Origin: Octopus sinensis
Taxonomy: Eukaryota
Direction: 5' to 3'
NCBI RefSeq assembly: GCF_006345805.1
Contig: NC_043019.1
Span: forward strand, 10,663,360 to 10,727,359
Length of the DNA: 64,000 bases
The notes under the pieces were generated by a model. It saw only the letters and a program-made list of their open reading frames with translations, had not been told where the DNA came from and searched no databases. Both the position numbers and the translations under genes were made by a program. Positions 63,760 through 64,000 of the stretch are shown piece after piece. Every line of letters begins with the position of its first letter. Within the stretch, counting starts at the first letter, position 1.

Positions 63760-64000
63760 GAGGACCAAAGCTTTGTGAGTGGATTTGGTAGACGGAAACT
63801 GAAAAGCAGCCCATCGTATATATATATGTATGTGTGTGTGTGTGTTTGTCCCCCAACATCGCTTGACAACCGATGCTGGTGTGTTTGCATCCCCCGTAAC
63901 TTAGCAGTTCGGCAAAAGAGACCGATAGAATAAGTACTGGGCTTAGAAAGAATAAGTCCTGGGGGTCGATTTGCTCGACTAAAGACGGTGCTCCAGCATG
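63760..64000 (+). mobile_element. SINE-A, partial, running off the window
   Basis: Family match. Confidence 0.9.

Overview
Eukaryotic, repeat-saturated, AT-rich DNA. The SINE families and the (CA)/(TA)/(GAT) microsatellite load fit an Octopus genome (inferred from repeat sequences I recognise, not verified). I can support no intact host CDS: almost all ORFs in the track are microsatellite or SINE translation artefacts. The window reads as intronic or intergenic. It holds four tRNA-headed SINE types (working labels A, B, D, E), many 5'-truncated RTE LINE 3' ends, and decayed CR1, R4/Dong-like and two DD37D (maT) transposon remnants. It also holds hAT-, piggyBac- and Tc2/pogo-type MITEs, minisatellites, a 100-N gap, and short unique CpG-containing islands that may be UTR exons or regulatory elements of an unidentified gene. 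The best leads are RNA-structural. (1) A type I hammerhead ribozyme motif on the minus strand at 45910-45957 has the full catalytic core and all three stems. (2) A Penelope-like fold-back at 31764-32093 carries a minimal hammerhead-like core. (3) Several long inverted repeats (17714-17775, 20139-20560, 14444-15795) have traceable template-switch origins and are candidate ADAR/dsRNA substrates.
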